Shown: in pieces, positions 1-14,664 of the stretch
How the letters are laid out: every line of letters starts with the position of its first letter
How positions within the stretch are numbered: the stretch's first letter is position 1
Assembly (NCBI RefSeq): GCF_963921235.1
Contig: NC_086101.1
Location: forward strand, 9,984,001 to 10,048,000
Reading direction: 5' to 3'
Origin: Mobula hypostoma
Lineage: Eukaryota
Length of the DNA stretch: 64,000 nucleotides
Position numbers and translations under genes: made by a program
Notes under the pieces: model-generated
Database searches by the model: none
What the model saw: only the letters and a program-made list of their open reading frames with translations
Told to the model about the DNA's origin: nothing

Positions 1-190
1 AAATCCTGGTGTATGTATCTCCACTGTCCAGATGTTAGAAAGCTGATTGAAGAGTCAATGAAATGGCATCTGCTGTTGATGTGTTGTGACACATGGGCAG
101 TAGTCACTCCACAGGAAGGAGGTGATATGTTTCATGAGCAATCTCTCAAAGCATTTCATCACAGTGGATGTAAATGCAACTGGACAATAG
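1..190 (-). mobile_element. Rex1/Babar RT fragment
   Basis: Reverse strand reads YCPVAFTSTVMKCFERLL. Confidence 0.6.
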
Positions 191-609
191 CAGGTCAGGC
201 AGCATCTGTGAAGGGGAATAACTAGTAGATGTTTCAGGGCTAGACTCCATCGAATGGAAAGGAGGAAGAAACCAGAATAAGGAAATAAGGAGGGAGGGTG
301 TTATGGGAATGAAAGAGTACAACCTGCAGCTGATAAGTGAAACAAAGTGAGAGAGAACGTGGGGCGGGGGGGGGGGGGGGAGAGATATAAAGCCGGGAGG
401 AGTTCGGTGGAAGAGCTAAAGGACTGGAGGATAGGAGTGGACAGTGGACTCCAGCAGAAAAGGAAAAAAGGAGGGGAACCAGAATAATAACAATCATAAC
501 AGAATTAATACGTGCAAAGGACAACAAGCTGTGCAAACACAAGAAGCAAACAGTACCATTAATAAATATATAAGCAATTAATATCGAGGTTCCTAAGGTT
601 GTCAAGCTG

Positions 610-1168
610 AGGAGAGGTAGTGGGGACCAGCTCCCACTACCTAAAAGTGCTCCTGACGGCATGTGACTCAAATAGCCTTTGACAACCAAGTCCAACTCCT
701 GGCCTTCTCGTGTGGCTTAGCCTCTAAGCCCGGCGGAACTGTTTCTACTGATAGATGGGGCGAAGGCGGGTTCTGGCACCTTAAAACCAGTGATTCGGGT
801 AGATGGAGCTCATTAGCCTGGGGAGGCAGTCCATCTTAGAGAGGGAAAACTCTGATTTCAAACCTCCACTGCTTTGTGGCCATACCCACTCATGGGAAAG
901 GCTTCGGGAGTAAACCCTGAGGACAAATCTGGAGTCCCTAAGGCAGTCCAACGTGGCTTTCAACCTCGCTCTGGCAACTCCTGCGACGACACTGGTGCCA
1001 AGCTGTATCGGCCCTTGCCCTTCCCTTGGACAACATCGGTGTCATGGAGAGGGGAGACTTGCTGCATGGGCAACTGCCGGTCTTCCATCCAACCTTGCCC
1101 AGGCATGCGCCCTGAAAACCATCCAGGCGCGGATCCATGGTCTCACGAGACTAACGGATGCCACCGCT
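610..1168 (+). mobile_element. RTE-derived non-autonomous (bipartite) element
   Basis: RTE-like 5'UTR (GGCAGTCCATCTTAGAGAGGGAAAACTCTGATTTCAAACC) joined to a short 3' end; diverged inverted copy at 43020-43578. Confidence 0.55.
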
Positions 1169-3734
1169 AAATATCCAGAACAGGAGATGAAGACTCATTG
1201 AAAGTGAGTCTGTAGGTTATGGGAGCAGTTAAGTGATCTGACAAGTGAGGTCGAATGTGGTTATCCCCTTTTGTTCAAGAACCTGATGGCGGAGGGGTTC
1301 TTGAACCTGGTGGTGCTCGGCCTTTGTCCTGATAACAGCAGCGAAAAAGTGTATGTCCAGGGTGATGGGGGGGGGGTCCCTGATGGTGGATGCTGCTTTC
1401 CTGCGACTGTGTTTCATGTCGATATGCTCAATGGAGTTGACGACTTCACTCGTGATTGACTGGACCATATCCACTATTTTTGTATAATTTTCCGTTTAAA
1501 AACTTTGGTGTTTCATGCCAGGCTGTGATGCAGCAAATCGATATACTCTTTGCTACTCATCCTTAGAAGTTTGTTAAAGTTTTGGAAATCATGACAAATC
1601 TCTGCAAACTCCTTTTCTAGAGGCGCTGTCGTGCTTTCTTCACAATTGTACTTAACCGCTTGGCACGGTACAGGACCTGCAAAATAATAACTCCAAAGAT
1701 TTTAAAGTGCTGACTCCCTCCACCTGTGATTATCCAATGATGGCTCATGGACCTTTTGTTTCCATCTTCTACAGTCAATTATCAGCTCCTTGGTCTTGCT
1801 GACATTGAGTGAAAGGTTGTTCTTATGTTGTTAAGATAAGGGGTGACAAGGGAGCCAGAGTGGGGAATGGAAAAAGAGGGAAAGATGAAGAGATGAGTAA
1901 CTGCCTGAAGTTGTAATTGTCTATTGTAATTACCCTGCGTATTGTCTTAATGCCTCTGTATCTGCCGGTGTCAGCGTCCCTTTCTCTCACTTTAGGAAAT
2001 GCACCATCGGCACTTTCTTACTAACGGGCTTGATTTACCGAGGGTGCTTCGCCATTGTCGACTTCCTTCAGTGACACACACAGACACACACACCATCCCG
2101 AGACACTGTCAGACTCGGAGGGGTTCCCAACAACGTCTCCTGGTCTCTCTGTTGTCGAGACGAATCCAATGTGCAGAACAGTCCCTCATCGCCCCCTTGT
2201 GGTGACTGAGAGTACTTCCGACCGTCAGACAAACCAGACTTCCGTCCCCAGAGACGGTGAGCAAAGCAGGAAGCTCGAGAGAAAATGGTAATAGAGGGAA
2301 CAATAGTACTGTGTTAGGTCAGTGGAGGCTATTTGAGGTACAGGGGATATGGCTGAGAAAGTGCAGCAGCGCCTCTTCTATCTCAGTAGGCCAGAGAAAT
2401 TTGGCCTTTCCTTTCAAGTGCAAGTTTATTGTCAGCTGACTGACTATAAATACAACCAAATGAAACAAAATTCCTCTGAACCATAGTGTACCCACAAAAC
2501 ATCTATCACACACAACACATAAACCAAAATATTATACTACAATAAAATTAATAAAATGTAATTCAAAATGAATGCAGTAGACCACAGCACATGTAAACAG
2601 CTCTCCGTCCTAGTGACGAGACCCTGGTGGTGACAGGCTATTTATTAGTCTCACAGCCTGATGGAAGGAGCTGTTATCCAGTCTGGTAGTCTTAGTCCTG
2701 AAGCTTCTGATCTCCTTCCTGCCGGTAGTGGTTCAAGAAATAGTGGGATGGGTGGTAGGGATGCTCAGCGATGAGCACACCTACATGGAATGCTGCCACA
2801 AGAAAGCAGCATCCATCATCAAGGACTCCCACCATCCAGGCCATGCTCACTTCTCACTGCTACCATCAGGCTGAAGTACAGAAGCCTTATGCAAAGGACA
2901 AAATTGGCCCTCTGGAAGATCACATGTGTGGAGCCAAAACAGATGGGAGATATATTAAATAATTCTTTGCATCTGTATTTATTTAGGAGACAGACACAGA
3001 GTCCAGAGAAGTGAAGCAAAGCAGTTTCAACTTCATGGACCCCACACAGATTACAAAGGAGGAGGTGTTTGCTATTCTGAGGCAAATCAGGTGGATAAAT
3101 CCCCTGGGCGTGACAAGTTGTTCCCTCAGACCCTACAGGAGGCAAGTGCAGAAAATGTCGGGGCCCTTGCAGAGATATTTAAATAATCGTTAGTGTCAGG
3201 AGAAGTACCAGAGGATCGAGGATAGCCCGTGTTCTGCTCCTCTTATATAAAAAAAAAGGCTCTAAACATAAAGCAGGAAATTATAGACCGGTGCGTCTGA
3301 CATCAGTTGTGGGAAGCTTATTGGAAGTTTTTCTAAGGGACTGGATATACAAGTATTTAGATACACATGGACTGATTAAGGATGGTCAGCATGGCTTCAT
3401 GTGTGGCAGGAAGCTCCCAGGACAGTGGATGAAGGCAAGGCAGTGGTTGTTGTCCACATGGACTTTAGCACGGCATTTGAGAAGGTCCCACATGGGAGGT
3501 TTTTCAAGAAGGTTGAGTCACTCAGCATTCAAAATGAGGTTGGAAGTTTGATTAGACATTGGGTTTGTGCGAGAAGCCGGCTGCCTCTCTGACTGGAGGC
3601 CTGTGACTAGTGGCGTGCCACAATGACCTTATTCCTTAGAACACAGCAGACTGAAAGGAGAATTGATAGAGGTATATAAAATTATGCAAGCAGGCTTTTT
3701 CCATTTGAGGTTTGGAGGGACAACTAGAGGTCAT

Positions 3735-4208
3735 CTCTGGATATCCATCCCATAGCATGATGATGGCTCTTTACAGTCAGTTAGTGGGGTTGACCCCACT
3801 CCTCAGAAAGGAACAGCGTGTGCGTGAATGGAATATAGGTGAATAGGGGGTTGCACAGGTCCAGACCCACCCCCTAGACATCCCCTCCCGGATCCAGCAG
3901 CATGGTGGGGTCCAAGACGGCTGGGGGAAGTTCTGTTGCAGTGAATGGCCAGACCAAGCTTCGATGCAAGGGATGCCCTTTCCGCATTTCACGGCACGTG
4001 TTTGCTAGATGGCCGTTGACCCTACGAGAGGGTTCATCCGCCCTTTGACAGGTCTTGTTTTTCATCCTGCAGGGTGTCTAGTCACCCTCCTCACCAGGCA
4101 AGCCTGCTGGGGGAGCCGGTTTAGTCGCCGTCCACCTGACCGTGCGATGGGTAGTACTGGGTTACATGGAACCAGTAGCACTCAGACGAGTGACCTGACT
4201 GAGTGACC
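3735..4208. mobile_element. Unclassified ~470-bp non-coding insertion in a CR1
   Basis: 9-bp TSD AGAGGTCAT at 3726-3734 and 4209-4217. Confidence 0.7.
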
Positions 4209-4899
4209 AGAGGTCATAGGTTAATGGTGAAAGATGAAAAGTAGAAGGGAACATGAGGGGAAACAATGGCACTGGAAATTACAAGCAAGCAGATCATCTC
4301 CAGAGCTGAGCGATAGTCAGGGCAACAATTCTGGGCACCACATTATAGGAAGACAGGATTTCCCTGTGTGGATCAAGGATTACAATCCAGAATCAGGTTC
4401 ATTATCCTTGACATATGTTGTGAAATTTATTGTTTTGTGGTAGCAGGACAGTGCCATAAACAATTTTAACATATTTTAAGAGAATATTTGACGTGGATAG
4501 GCTTTTTCCATTAAGAGTGGGGGAGATTCAAGCAAGAGGACATGAGTTGAGAGTTAAAGGCCAAAAGTTTAGGGGTAACATGAGGGGGAACATCTTTACT
4601 CAGAAAGTGGTAGCAGTGTGGAACGAGCTTCCAGCAGAAGTGGTAGAGGCAGGTTCGATGTTGTTATTTAAAGTTAAATTGGATAAGTATATGGACAGGA
4701 AAGGAATGGAGGATTAAGGGCTGTGTGCAGGTCAGTGGGACTAGATGAGAGTAAGAGTTTGGCACGGATTAGAAGGGCCGAGATGGCCTGTTTCCATGCT
4801 GTAATTGTTATATGTTATATGGTTAAAATAAATACATAGCACAAAATAGTGAGGTAGTGTTCAGAGGTTCATGGTCTGTTCAGAAATCAGCTGGCAGAG

Positions 4900-7800
4900 A
4901 GGAACCCAGTGATCCTCTTGTGTTAGAGAACTGGACACCGTGTTAGGGAAAGTGAAGAGATGATAGAGAGGAGCTACAGGGAGGAAATCACCACAGGGAG
5001 GTAACTACAGGATACAGATAAATGGGTGACTGTCAGGAGAGGGAAGGGAGAACCTCAGATAGTGGAGACCACCCCTGTGGCCATCCCCCTCAACAGGAAG
5101 TACCCCATTTTGAGTACCATTGGAGGGGGGCACAACCTATCTGGAAGAAACAATGGAGGCCCTGCCTCTGGCACTGAGTCTGGCCCTGTAGCTCAGAAGA
5201 GTAGGGAACTGGAGAGGATGGTAGCAGAGTTAGGGGACTCTATTGTCAGGGGGGCAGATAGGTGCCTCTGTGGACACAAAGTGGAAACACAGATGGTAGT
5301 TTGCCTCCCAGCTGCCAGGGTCTGTAAAGTTTCTGAACGCATCCACAATATCCTGACAAGGGAGGGTGAGCAGCCAGAAGTCGTGGTACATATTGGTACC
5401 AACAACATAGATAAAGAGAAGAGGTCCTGGGAAAAAAAAAAGAATATAGGGAGTTAGGAAGGAAGCTGAGAAGCAAAACCTCAATGCTAGTAATCTTGGG
5501 ATTGCTGCCTGTGCCATGTGACAGTGAGGATAGGCATATAATGAAGTGGCAGATAAATGTGTGGCTAAAGAATTGGAGATGGAGCAGGGATTCAGATTTC
5601 TAGATGATTGGGACCTCTTCTGGGACAGTGGGTCCTGTACAAAAGGAACAGGTTGCACCTGAATCTGACAGGGACCAATATTGTTGCAGGCAGGTATTTG
5701 AGAGCTTTTGGGAAATGTTTAAACTAATATGAGCTGAGGATGAGCCAGCAGGTGTACAAGTCAATGATGGGGTAACATTAGTGTAGGGAAGGACAAGCCA
5801 ATGACTGGGTACAAATGCAGACAGAGCAAAGAGTTAAATTGTACCACAGAGGAAAAATTCAAAAGGGCAAAGGATTCTGGATGAAGTTACTGTATTTAAA
5901 TGTGCGTAGCATTCGAAATAAGGTGGATGAACTCATGGGCGCAATTTGAGATTCGGCGGTACGACATTGTAGGCATCACTGAGCCGTGGATGAAAGGCGG
6001 CCATGATTGGGAGCCTAATATTAAAGGATATACTTTGTATCAAAAGGACAGGTGGGAAGGCATAGGCAGCAGTGTAGCCCTACTGGTAAGAGATGGAAGA
6101 AACTATAAGAGTAAAGTAAAACATTGTGGGGATTATAAATAGCCAAGATGTGGGGTTGTAAGGGGAGCTGGTAAAAGCATGTAATAAGGGTAATGAGAAA
6201 TTGTGATGGGGGACTTCAATACGCAAGGGGATTGGGAAAATCAGGTTAGTGTTGGATTGCAAGAGAGGGAATTTGCTGAATTCAACAAAATGGCATTTTA
6301 GAGCAGCTTGTGCTTGAGCTTACTTGAGGAAAGGCTATCTTAGAATGGGTGGTGTGTAATAACCCAGATCTTAAAGGAGCTTAGTGTAAAGGGGCTCTTT
6401 GAAGGTAGTGATCATGATATGATTGAATTCATACTGCAGTTTGAGAGGGAGAAACATAACTAACATGCATTAGTATCACAATGGAATAAAGGAAATTACA
6501 GAGACATGAGAGAGGAGCTTGCCCAGGTTTATTAGAGGAGGATACTGGCCAGGATGATGGCAGAGAAGAGATGCCTGAAGTTTCTGGGAATAGTTCTCAA
6601 TGCACAGCATAGACCTGTCCCATGGAGGGAGAAGTTCTCAAATTGCAGGGGTGGGCAACTGTGGCTGACAAAGTTAGTTAAGGACTGCATCAAATCCAAA
6701 GAAATGGCATATAAGGTAGCAAAAGCGAGTGGGAAGTTGGATGATTGGGAAGCTTTTAATATCCAACAAAAGACAACTAGGAAAGCTATAAGGAGGGAAA
6801 AGGTGAAATATGAGGGCAGACAAGCCAATAATATAAAGCAGGATACAAGAAGTTTTTTCAGCTGTATAAAGAGTAAAAGGAAGTTGAGAGTTGATATTGG
6901 ACCACTAGAAAATGATGCCAGTGAGGTAGTAATTAGGAACAAAGAAATGGCAGGTGAACAGAATAGGTACTTTGCATCAGTCTTCAATGTGGAAGACACT
7001 GGCAGTGTGCCAGAGCTCCGTGAGTGTTAGAGAGCAGGAGTGAGTGCCATTGCTATTACAAAGGAAAAAGTGCTAAGCAGACTCAAAGGTCCTAAGGTGG
7101 ACAAGCCACCTGAGCCAGAATGGAGTACATCCCAGAGTCCTGAGAGAGGTTGCTGAAGAGATAACGGATGCATTGGTCATGATCTTTCAAGAATCACTTG
7201 ATTCTGGCATGGTACCGGAGGACTGGAACATTGCAAATGTCACTCCACTCTTTAAAAAGGGAGGAAGGCATAAACCAGTTAGCCTAACCACCGTGGCTGG
7301 GAAAGTATAATTAAGGATGAGGTTTCAGGGTACTTGGAGACTAATGATAAAATAAGTCAAAGTCAGCATGGTTTCTGTGAAGGGAAATCTTGCCTGACAA
7401 ATCTGTTAGAGTTCTTCGAGGAAGAAGCAGGGTGGACAAAGGAGAGGGAGTGGATGTCATTTACTTGGATTTTCAGAAGGCATTTGACAAGGTGCCACAC
7501 ATGAGGCTGCTGAACAAGATAAAATCCTGTGGCGTTACAGGAAAGATACTGTGAAGTATATAGGAATGGCTGACAGGCAGGAGTCAGCTAATGGGAATAA
7601 AAGTGGCCTTTTCTGGTTGGCTGCCAGTGACTAGTGGTGTTCCTTAAGGGTTGGTATTGGGACCGTTACCTTTCACATTGTTTGACAATGATTTGCATAA
7701 TTGTATTGTTGGCTTTGTGGCAATGCTTGTGGAAGATACAAAGATAAGTGCAGGGGTAGGTAGTGCTGAGGAAGCAATACCATTGCAGCAGGATTTATAC

Positions 7801-8600
7801 AGATTGGAAGAATGGGCAAAAAAGCGACAGATGAAATTACAATAATGCATTTTGGTAAAAGGAACAGTACTGCAGACTACTATCTAAGTTGGGAGAAGGT
7901 TCAAACATCAGAGATGGACTGAGTCCTTGTGCAAGACAAGGTTAATTTGCGGGTTGAGTCTATGGTAAAGAAGGCAAATGCAACGTTGACATTTATTTCA
8001 AGGGAAATAGAATAAAAAGGCAAGGAAAAAATGCTGAGCCTTTATAAGACACTAGTCAGGCCACACTTGGAATACTGTCGACAGTTTTGTGCTCCATATT
8101 TCAGAAAGGATGTGTTGTCATTGGATAGAGACCAGGATGTTCATGAGGATGATTCCAGGAATGAAGGGGTTAACATACGAGGAGCATTTCGCAACTTTGG
8201 ACCTGTACTCACTGGAATTTAGAAGAATGCACTGGGATCTCAATGAAACCTACCAAATGTTGAAAGGATAGGGTGGATCTGGAGAGGATGTTTCTTAGAG
8301 GAGGTATCCAGAAATAGATGGCACAGCCTTAAAGTTGAGGGGCGACCTTTTAGAACAGAGGTAAGGAGGAACTTTTTAGCCAGAGAGTAGTGAATCTGTG
8401 GAATGCTCTGTCACAGACTGCTGTGGAGGACAAGCCTGTGGGTATATTTAAGGTAGAAGTTGATCGCTTCCTGATTGGTCAGGGCATCAAAGGGTGTGCA
8501 AGAAGGCAGGTGTATGGGGTTGAGTGGGATCCGGGATCAGCCATGATGGAGTGGCAGTCAGACTTGATGGGTTGAATGGCCTAATTCTGCTCCTATATGG
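4900..8600 (+). mobile_element. Degenerate near full-length CR1 LINE
   Basis: ORF1 esterase (LGDSIVR, HIGTN), APE and RT fragments, CR1 3' end; many stops. Confidence 0.88.
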
Positions 8601-9352
8601 TCCCTAAAACATAAATAATACATTTTTGTCCCTGTACCCACCAAAAATTACAGAATTTTGCTTCTGCTCTTCCTCTCTCCCCGTGATCTACCAGCCCCCA
8701 CCACCCTGTCACTTTTCCCTGCTCCCCCACTCTCTCAATCTGTCCATCACCCACACACTCCTCCCGTTATTCTGGGCTCCACTTTCCTCTCCAATCAGAT
8801 TCCAAAATCTTCAGCCCTTTATCACTGACACCTCTTGCCCCCCAGTTTCTGACACATGTCCACACTCCACCCCTCCCTCATCTGGATCAGCTGACAGCTC
8901 CTAATTTACCATTCCTTCCACCTTTCTATACGGAATACCTCTGCACTTTTGGTTGAGATGAAGAGTCTTACGCCGAAACGTCAACTGTCCATTTCCCTCC
9001 ATAGATGCTGCCTGATTCCCTGAGATTCTCTGGCGCTTTGTTTGTTACCACCATGCCATGTCCCGCCGAACCAAGATTCACCCTGACCTCCGCCTTGCAG
9101 TCAGCACCACCACCACTTGTCCCAGTTAATTTACGCTTGTGCCGATGGACTTCAGGATCCGGGGAGCCGGGGAGCTCAGGACCCGCCGCCCGCGGCTGCT
9201 GCTGAATCCGCAGTGTTTCTGTTCCGTTGACGGATGCCGTTTACACATTAAAATTAATGGGCCAATTATTCGCACATCGTGTTTATTTCACTCTCCACAC
9301 ATTTATATTTACACTGACTTACTCCTGACGCCGGCCCAGCGACTCGACCCGT

Positions 9353-9885
9353 TTACAGACCCGGAGCGGAACCGGAGCAGATTCTCAGCCACTGGTTTGT
9401 ATATCCCGTCCAGAAGAAAGGATAAAGTTTCCCCGTGAATTTATTCCCAGTGAAGGTGTAGAGATGGAACTTGGTCTCTGCGTTGTAAAATGAAACTGTC
9501 CCGGACTCGTAACTGAGATAAACTCCCACCCTCCCGGGGATGGGACCGGCAGGGAGACGGGACTCAGGGGAGGTGAGAACCCTCATTACAAGATCATCCC
9601 GCCTGATGGTCCAGAATCCGGTCTCAGGAATCAGTCTGACCTGTCTCTTCCTCTCCACAGATTCTGCGGCGACTCCCAGACCCCAGTACCGATTCTCCGT
9701 CACCTCCACCTCCCAGTAATGTCTCCCCGATGTGAATCCCTCCGATCCCAGCACACAAAACCAGTATGTGAACCTCTTCCCGGTGTCAGGGAGATTCCGC
9801 CGGGTCCCGGTCCGTCTCACACTCTTCCGATCCTCAGACACCTTGAGCTCCGGATTCGCCGTTTCCACATCCAGGGTGACAGAGA
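9353..9885 (-). CDS. TRIM gene A exon 6 (B30.2/PRY-SPRY domain, terminal)
   Basis: CCCCAG|TCTCTG; VTLDVETANP..GRHYWEVEV..RVGVYLSYESGTVSFYN..LYPFF; TAA at 9355-9353; AATAAA (minus) at 9282-9287. Spliced total 1416 nt = 471 aa. Confidence 0.93.
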
Positions 9886-10430
9886 CTGGGGGGAGAAGCA
9901 GAGAATTAGAGAGTCCCCGGGGATCGGGGGGAGACTCGGGCAGCGCGGCCCCGGGACCGGGGGAGAGGCCGATGGGGCTCGGGCACAGTCGGATGGCCGA
10001 CAGGACCCTTTACCGCGTTTTATCCTACTACAGCGGCTGGACAACCAGACCTTGCCTAGATTTTCCCAATCAACGCACACAAAATTTTAGACGAGCCTGC
10101 TAAGTCAAGTATCATGCGTGGAGGGAGATAGTCGATGTCTGAGGTCGAGACCTTTCCTCAGGAATGGAAGGAAAGACGGGAGATAGCCAGTGGAAGAGCT
10201 GGAACAACAACTGGATCCAGATAAGGAAGGGGTGAGTGAATACTGGAGGCATTTAAAAAGGAGGGAAATTTTCAGCCAAATTCTTTCCTCGAAAAACTCT
10301 GTAAAAATGGTTAGACATGACCCATCATGCATGACGCCATCAGTCCATGTATACCTTCCAATAACTTTCCTATGATTGATATCAAGCTCACTGAACTATA
10401 ATTTCCTGGATATTTTTTAGAGCATTTCTT

Positions 10431-13119
10431 TCTTTCTTTCTTTCTTTTTAAATCTTTTTATTAATTTTTCAAAATTATAAACTCAGTAACAAAGTTGGTA
10501 CAAAGAGATTGGAAAAATGTTCATCAGTATATATAAAATGAATTTTAAGTAACATAGAAATAAAAGACTTCCAAACTCATAATGAGATTAAACATTACAA
10601 AGAAATAAAAAGAAAAAGAAAAAAAAAACCAAAAGAAAAAGAGAAAAAAAAACCCCAAAAAAGGCAAAACAGGGCTGGACCAACAACTTGTATCAGACAT
10701 GATCCATAATGTCGCTCACTCCGCTCCTCTCATCATATAATTTTAGAGAAAAGATTCGGAAAGGTCGGATTACATCATATGAAAAAGTTGCATAAAAGGT
10801 TTCCAGGTATCTTCAAATTTAACCTAAGGGTCAAAAATATCACTTCTAATTTTTTCTAAATTTAAACTTAATATGGTTTGAGAAAGCCATTGAAATGTAG
10901 TTGGAGGATTAATTTCCTTCCAGTTCAACAAAATAGATCTTCTCGCCATTAAAGTAACAAAAGCTATCATTCGAGAGGCTGAAGAAGACAAAGATCTATG
11001 TTCTACCATTGGCAATCCAAAGATTGCCGTAATAGGATGGGGTTTTAAATCAAAGCATAGAACTGCTGAAATAATATCAAAAATGTCTTTCCAATATTTT
11101 TCCAAAAGAGGACAGGACCAAAACATATGAGTTAAAGAAGCCACTTCAGAGTGACATCTATCACAAGTAGGGTTTATATGGGAATAAAAACGAGCTAGTT
11201 TATCTTTGGACATATGAGCTCTGTGTACTACTTTAAATTGTATTAAAGTATGTTTAGCACATATAGAAGAAGTACTAACTAATTGAAAAATTTTATCCCA
11301 TTTCTCTGGTAGGGGAAGTTGAAGTTCCCTTTCCCATTCATTTTTAATTTTATCAGATATATCTGGCTGTAATTTCATAATTATATCATAAATTATTGCT
11401 ATTAATCCCTTCTGCAAAGGATTAAAACCTAAAATTTTATCAAGAATGCCAGAAGGACTTGAAGTCGGAAAGATAGGCAATGTAGTATTTAAAAAATTTC
11501 TTATTTGTAAGTATCTTAAAAAAATGGAATCTAGGCAAATCAAATTTCTCAGATAGCTGCTCAAAAGACATAAAGCAGTAATCCAAAACTAAATCATGAA
11601 AACATATTATGCCTTTCGTTTTCCATATCAAAAAGGCTTGGTCCATTACCGAGGCTTGGAAAAAAAATTAGATGTAATAGGACTTGATAACATAAATTTA
11701 TTCAGGCCAAAAAATTTATGAAACTGAAACCATATTTGCAATGTATGTTTAACTATAGGGTTGAAAATTTGTTTATTCAATTTGGATAATGCAAAAGGCA
11801 ATGAAGTTCCTAAAATGGAGTCTAAAGAAAACCCTTGTACAGAATGGCCTTCAAGGTTTACCCAATGTGGGCTTGGAGTTATATTCCAATCTTGCGTCCA
11901 AAATATTAAGTATCAGATATTAATTGCCCAGTAGTAAAATCTTAGGACAGGCAATGCCAAACCACCCTCTTTCTTAGATTTCTGTAAGTATTTTTTTTAC
12001 TTAATCTGGGATTTCTATTTTGCCATATATAAGAAGAAATTTTAGAGTCAATGGTATCAAAAAAAGATTTAGGAATAAAAATCAGTATCGCTTGAAATAA
12101 ATATAAAAATTTGGGTAAAATAATCATTTTAAAAGCATTAATACGGCCAATCAATGATAGAGACAAAGGGGACCATCTAGTAATCAATTGTTTAACCTGA
12201 TTAATTAATGGTAAAAGGTTGAGATTGAATAGATCCTTATGTCCCTTAGTAATTTTAACTCCCAAATAAGTAAAATAATCAGTAATCAGTCTAAATGGAG
12301 AATTTCTATAAATAGGAACCTGCATATTTAATGGAAAGAGTTCACTCTTACTTAGGTTCAGTTTATAACCAGAAAAGCTACTAAACTGAGCAAGCAAAGT
12401 TAATACTGTCGGAATAGATTTTCCTGGGTTAGAAATATATAATAGTAGATCATCTGCATATAGTGATAATTTATGAGTCTCATTTCCATGAGTAATACCA
12501 AATATATTAGGGAAGTCACGAATGGCAATAGCTAGCGGTTCCAAGGCAATATCAAATAGTAATGGACTAAGAGGGCAACCCTGCCTAGTACCACGGAATA
12601 AATGAAAAATAGGGGATCTTTGGTTGTTAGTAAATACCGAGGCCAAAGGGGTAAAATATATCAGATTAATCCAGGAAATGAATATTGGACTAAAATTAAA
12701 TTTCTCAAGGGTATTGAATAAATATACCCATTCAACTCTATCAAAAGCTTTTTCAGTATCCAATGAAATGACACATTCTGGAATTTTGGGTGAAGGCGTA
12801 TAAACGATATTTGTTAATCTAATATTAAAAAAAGAGTGACGGTTTTTAATAAATCCAGTTTGATCAGCAGAAATAATTTGGGGTAATACATTCTCCAATC
12901 TCATTGCCAATATTTTAGAAAAAAATCTTAGAATCGACATTCAGCAGAGATATAGGTCTATAAGATGCACATTCAGTAGGATCCTTATCTTTTTTAAGAA
13001 TTAGGGAAATAGAAGCTCGATAGAAAGATTGTGGTAACTTACCTGTTGAAACTGCATCCCTAAAAACACTACATAGCCAAGGAGTTAGTGTAGTTGAGAA
13101 AAATTTTAAAATTCTACTG
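10431..13119 (-). mobile_element. 5'-truncated L1 LINE (RT + C-terminal Cys/His region), frameshifted
   Basis: GTRQGCPLSPLLF, YADD, CDRC..HMFWSC. 13-bp TSD TAGAGCATTTCTT at 10418-10430 and 13120-13132; (GAAA)n tail. Confidence 0.92.
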
Positions 13120-13331
13120 TAGAGCATTTCTTAAACAGTGAAACAACATTAGCTGTACAGTACTCCAATCCCTCGGTATCTGACCCATTAAATATCTCTG
13201 CTAGGGCCCCTGCAATTTCTGCGTTTGCCTCCTACAAGGTCCAAGGGAACACCTTGTCAGGCCCCAGCAATTTATCAACCCTAATTAGCCTCAAGACAAC
13301 AAACACCTCCTCCTCTAATCTGTATAGGTTC

Positions 13332-13777
13332 TGTTGGAAACCACTGTTTTTTTAAATAATACTTTGAATACAATTTGTACTTTTTAACAAACTCGTGTAT
13401 TTTTCACAGTATGTGGTGGTCTGGCAGAAAGCGGTGACCTGACGTTTATCACCTTTCTCATTTTGATTGGCGAAGTATCAGCACATTACTTACGTGATCT
13501 AATTGTTTTAACTATGTAGCCTATTAACTAATTTATTTCTGTCCAAGGAATTTTGGTTATCTAGATTATAATAGGTGCCATCTTTCTCTTTTTTTGTTTT
13601 CACATCCTTTGCTCTTAATTTATCTCTTAGCATTGTTTCGCAACTCTTCATTTAGTTTGCCTAGTATTTGTATGTTTGATTGTACTTTACAATAAATTAT
13701 CATTGTAATTAAGACTGCACATCATTCCTGACTCCTGGAAGAACCCTATAGATCAGAAAATAAGCTGAGATTCAACA
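13332..13777 (+). mobile_element. Solo LTR (446 bp)
   Basis: TGTTG..CAACA termini, AATAAA near 13691, 5-bp TSD GGTTC/GGTCC; interrupts a CR1. Confidence 0.7.
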
Positions 13778-14664
13778 GGTCCATGAAGCTGATGCCACCT
13801 TCGCTCATTTCTACAGACTCTGCGTCCATCTCCTGAGTAAATACAGATTCAAAATATTCATTTAATCTCTCTTTTGGTAACACACATGGATTACCATTCT
13901 GACTTCCAGATGACCAACTTTGTCCTTTCAATCTGTTTGCTCTTAACACATATCTAAAATCCCTTAGGATTCTCCTTTAACTTGTTTGCTAGGGCAACTC
14001 ATGCCTTCTTTTAGCCCTTCTTAAGTGTTCCTTTGCATTTCTTATACTGCATAAGCAACTCATTTGTTCTTACCTGCCTTTGCCTGCTATGTACCTCCTT
14101 TTTTTTAAAATGAGGGCCTCACTATCTCTTGAAAACCAAGGCTCTCTAAACTTCTTTTCGCTGCCTTTAATTCTGACAGTCACATACAAGCTTTGCCCTC
14201 TCAAAATTTCACTTTTGTAGGCCTCCCACTTACCAAGTACACATTTGCCAAAAGCAGCCTCTTCAAACCCACATGCCAGATCAATTCTGATACCATAAAA
14301 ATTGGCCTTTCTCCAATTTAGAATCTCAGCCCACAGACCAGACCTAACTTTTAGCGTAATTGCTTTGAAACTAATGGCATTGTGGTCATTAGATGCAAAA
14401 TGTACTTCTACACAGATTTCTGTCAACTGCCCCATCTCATTCCTAAATAGCAACTCTCTCTTTGGGACTTCTATGTTCTGATGAAGGAAACTTTCTGAAC
14501 ACATTTGACAAACTCTCTCCCATCTAGTCCTTTTACAGTATGGGAGTCCCAGTCAATGTGGAAAGTTAAAATCTCCTATTATAACAACCTAATATTTCTT
14601 GCAACTGCCTGTGCTCTCTCTGCAAATTTGTTCCTCTAAATCCCTTGGACTGTTGAGGAATCTG

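Larger units (their letters stand above)
10190..14660 (-). mobile_element. Old CR1 interrupted by an L1 and a solo LTR
   Basis: CR1 ORF2 remnants on both sides of the L1 TSD; ASNDHNAISF APE remnant. Confidence 0.75.

Noticed and set aside
1926..2342. Possible solo LTR (TGTA..TACA)
   Set aside because: No target-site duplication found; left unclassified.
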